Shown here piece by piece: positions 48,606 to 49,774 of a stretch of 49,774 bases of DNA. A program made the position numbers and the translations under genes. Where the stretch lies: contig MU271271.1 of NCBI GenBank assembly GCA_021432655.1, forward strand, positions 62,001 to 111,774, in the 5' to 3' direction. Each line of letters begins with the position of its first letter. Within the stretch, counting starts at the first letter, position 1. The DNA comes from Atractiella rhizophila (taxonomy: Eukaryota). The notes under the pieces were generated by a model. The model had not been told where the DNA came from, did not search any database, and saw nothing but the letters and a program-made list of their open reading frames with translations.

Positions 48606-49774
48606 ATGAAGCTCCTCCACAAATCAATTTCCAAAGACGCCTCCGGTCGAGTCAAGCTTCTCACAGAGAATAGCGAGGACATCTGGCACCTCTACAACCT
48701 CTTACGCCCATCATCCGGAGACATCGTCCGGTGTTCAACGATGCGAAAGATCACCACGACTTCATCCACAGGGTCGGTGGACAGCCGAAAACTACGGGTG
48801 ACACTCTCCGTGCGCGTGGAGAAGCTGGCGTATGATCCTCCAGAGGAAGGAAGGGGAGAAGCCGTGCTCCATATTTCGGGACCTACGGTGGAAGGGGTGG
48901 AGGGGATCAGTGTGGGAAGTTGGCACACTCTGGATGTCGGGGTTGAGGATACGATGCAAGTGGAGAAGGAGGAAGGCGAGTGGGATGAGGTTGCACTTGA
49001 GAGGTTGGAGGAGGCAACAAATGTCACCGAAGGCGCCGAGGTCGGAGCTGTCGTTTGTGGTGATGGTTCGTTTCCTCCTCACCTTCCTCTCTGTGCTTTA
49101 GATGGAAATTATCTGACCTAACTAATGGGATTAGGAACGGCTAATGTGTGTTTGATCACGGATCATACCACCGTCGTCCTGCAGCGGATCGAGGTTAGCA
49201 TACCTCGTAAACGGCAGGGAGCAGGATCGAGTGGGACAGAAAAAGTAAAGCCTTTCCCCCACTGTTCCGAACACAAGCCTGATAGCAGTCACAAGGCTAC
49301 AGAACGATTTCACCAACAGGTTTACGATGCTATTACCCGACATTTTAAGTTGGAAGAGCTCAAGGTTATCATCCTTGCTAGTCCGGGATTCTACAAGGAC
49401 GCATTGAGTGCCTACATCTTCAACGAAGCAGTGGTGCGTCACCTTTACATTACACCCATGCCTAACCCAACCCTACATGACATCGCAGAAACAAAACAAC
49501 AAACTCCTCTTACAATCCCGGCCCAAGTTCCTCCTCCTCCACTCACCGTCACACCACGTCCACTCCCTCCTATCCCTTCTCTCTACCCCAGAGATCTCAG
49601 CCAAGCTCTCAACTTCCAAATTCGCTCGCGAGTCTACAACCCTCCAAACCTTCTTCAAGCTCCTAGATAAAGATCCACTACGGGCATGGTACACCACCGA
49701 ACACGTAAAGTTGGCGATCAAGAGAGGGGCGGTGAAGACGCTCCTCATTAGCGATAACGTTTATCGGTTCGTCC
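48606..49774 (+). CDS. DOM34: Pelota/Dom34 ribosome-rescue factor, 3' end beyond the window
   Basis: MKLLHKSISKDASGRVKL..EDIWHLYNL; GSWHTLD; WDEVALERL; IPRKR; ILASPGFYKD; LDKDPLRAWY; LLISDNVYR. Confidence 0.95.

Overview
Eukaryotic, intron-dense fungal DNA (many ~50-70 nt GT-AG introns; a basidiomycete is the likely source, by inference). The first ~18.8 kb is an accessory, repeat-rich block. It holds an F-box/LRR-like gene, a young and intact Ty3/gypsy chromovirus (4290-10923, minus strand), an Ssy5/Nal1-like trypsin-fold protease gene, two solo LTRs and a decayed CACTG-ended TIR element nested in older CpG-poor debris. The chromovirus has several oddities: TG...TA LTR ends, a tRNA-iMet-type PBS, a -1 gag/pol junction with a hairpin, no target-site duplication, and a Gag carrying a ~200-aa N-terminal extension with a transmembrane helix. 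The rest is a compact gene-rich block: TRAP-alpha/Irc22, a divergent actin, eIF4B, two tandem DUF6533-type membrane-protein paralogs, Serinc/TMS1, a second F-box/LRR paralog, a SAP-domain protein, an orphan with MIM1-like motifs, REV7, BioF with a PTS1 signal, a 63-aa Cys/His-rich peptide, mitochondrial uL30, ERJ5-like DnaJ, IDH1 and a 3'-truncated Dom34/pelota. The best candidate for an undescribed system is the membrane-anchored-Gag retrotransposon. All family calls come from motif recognition by eye; no searches were run.
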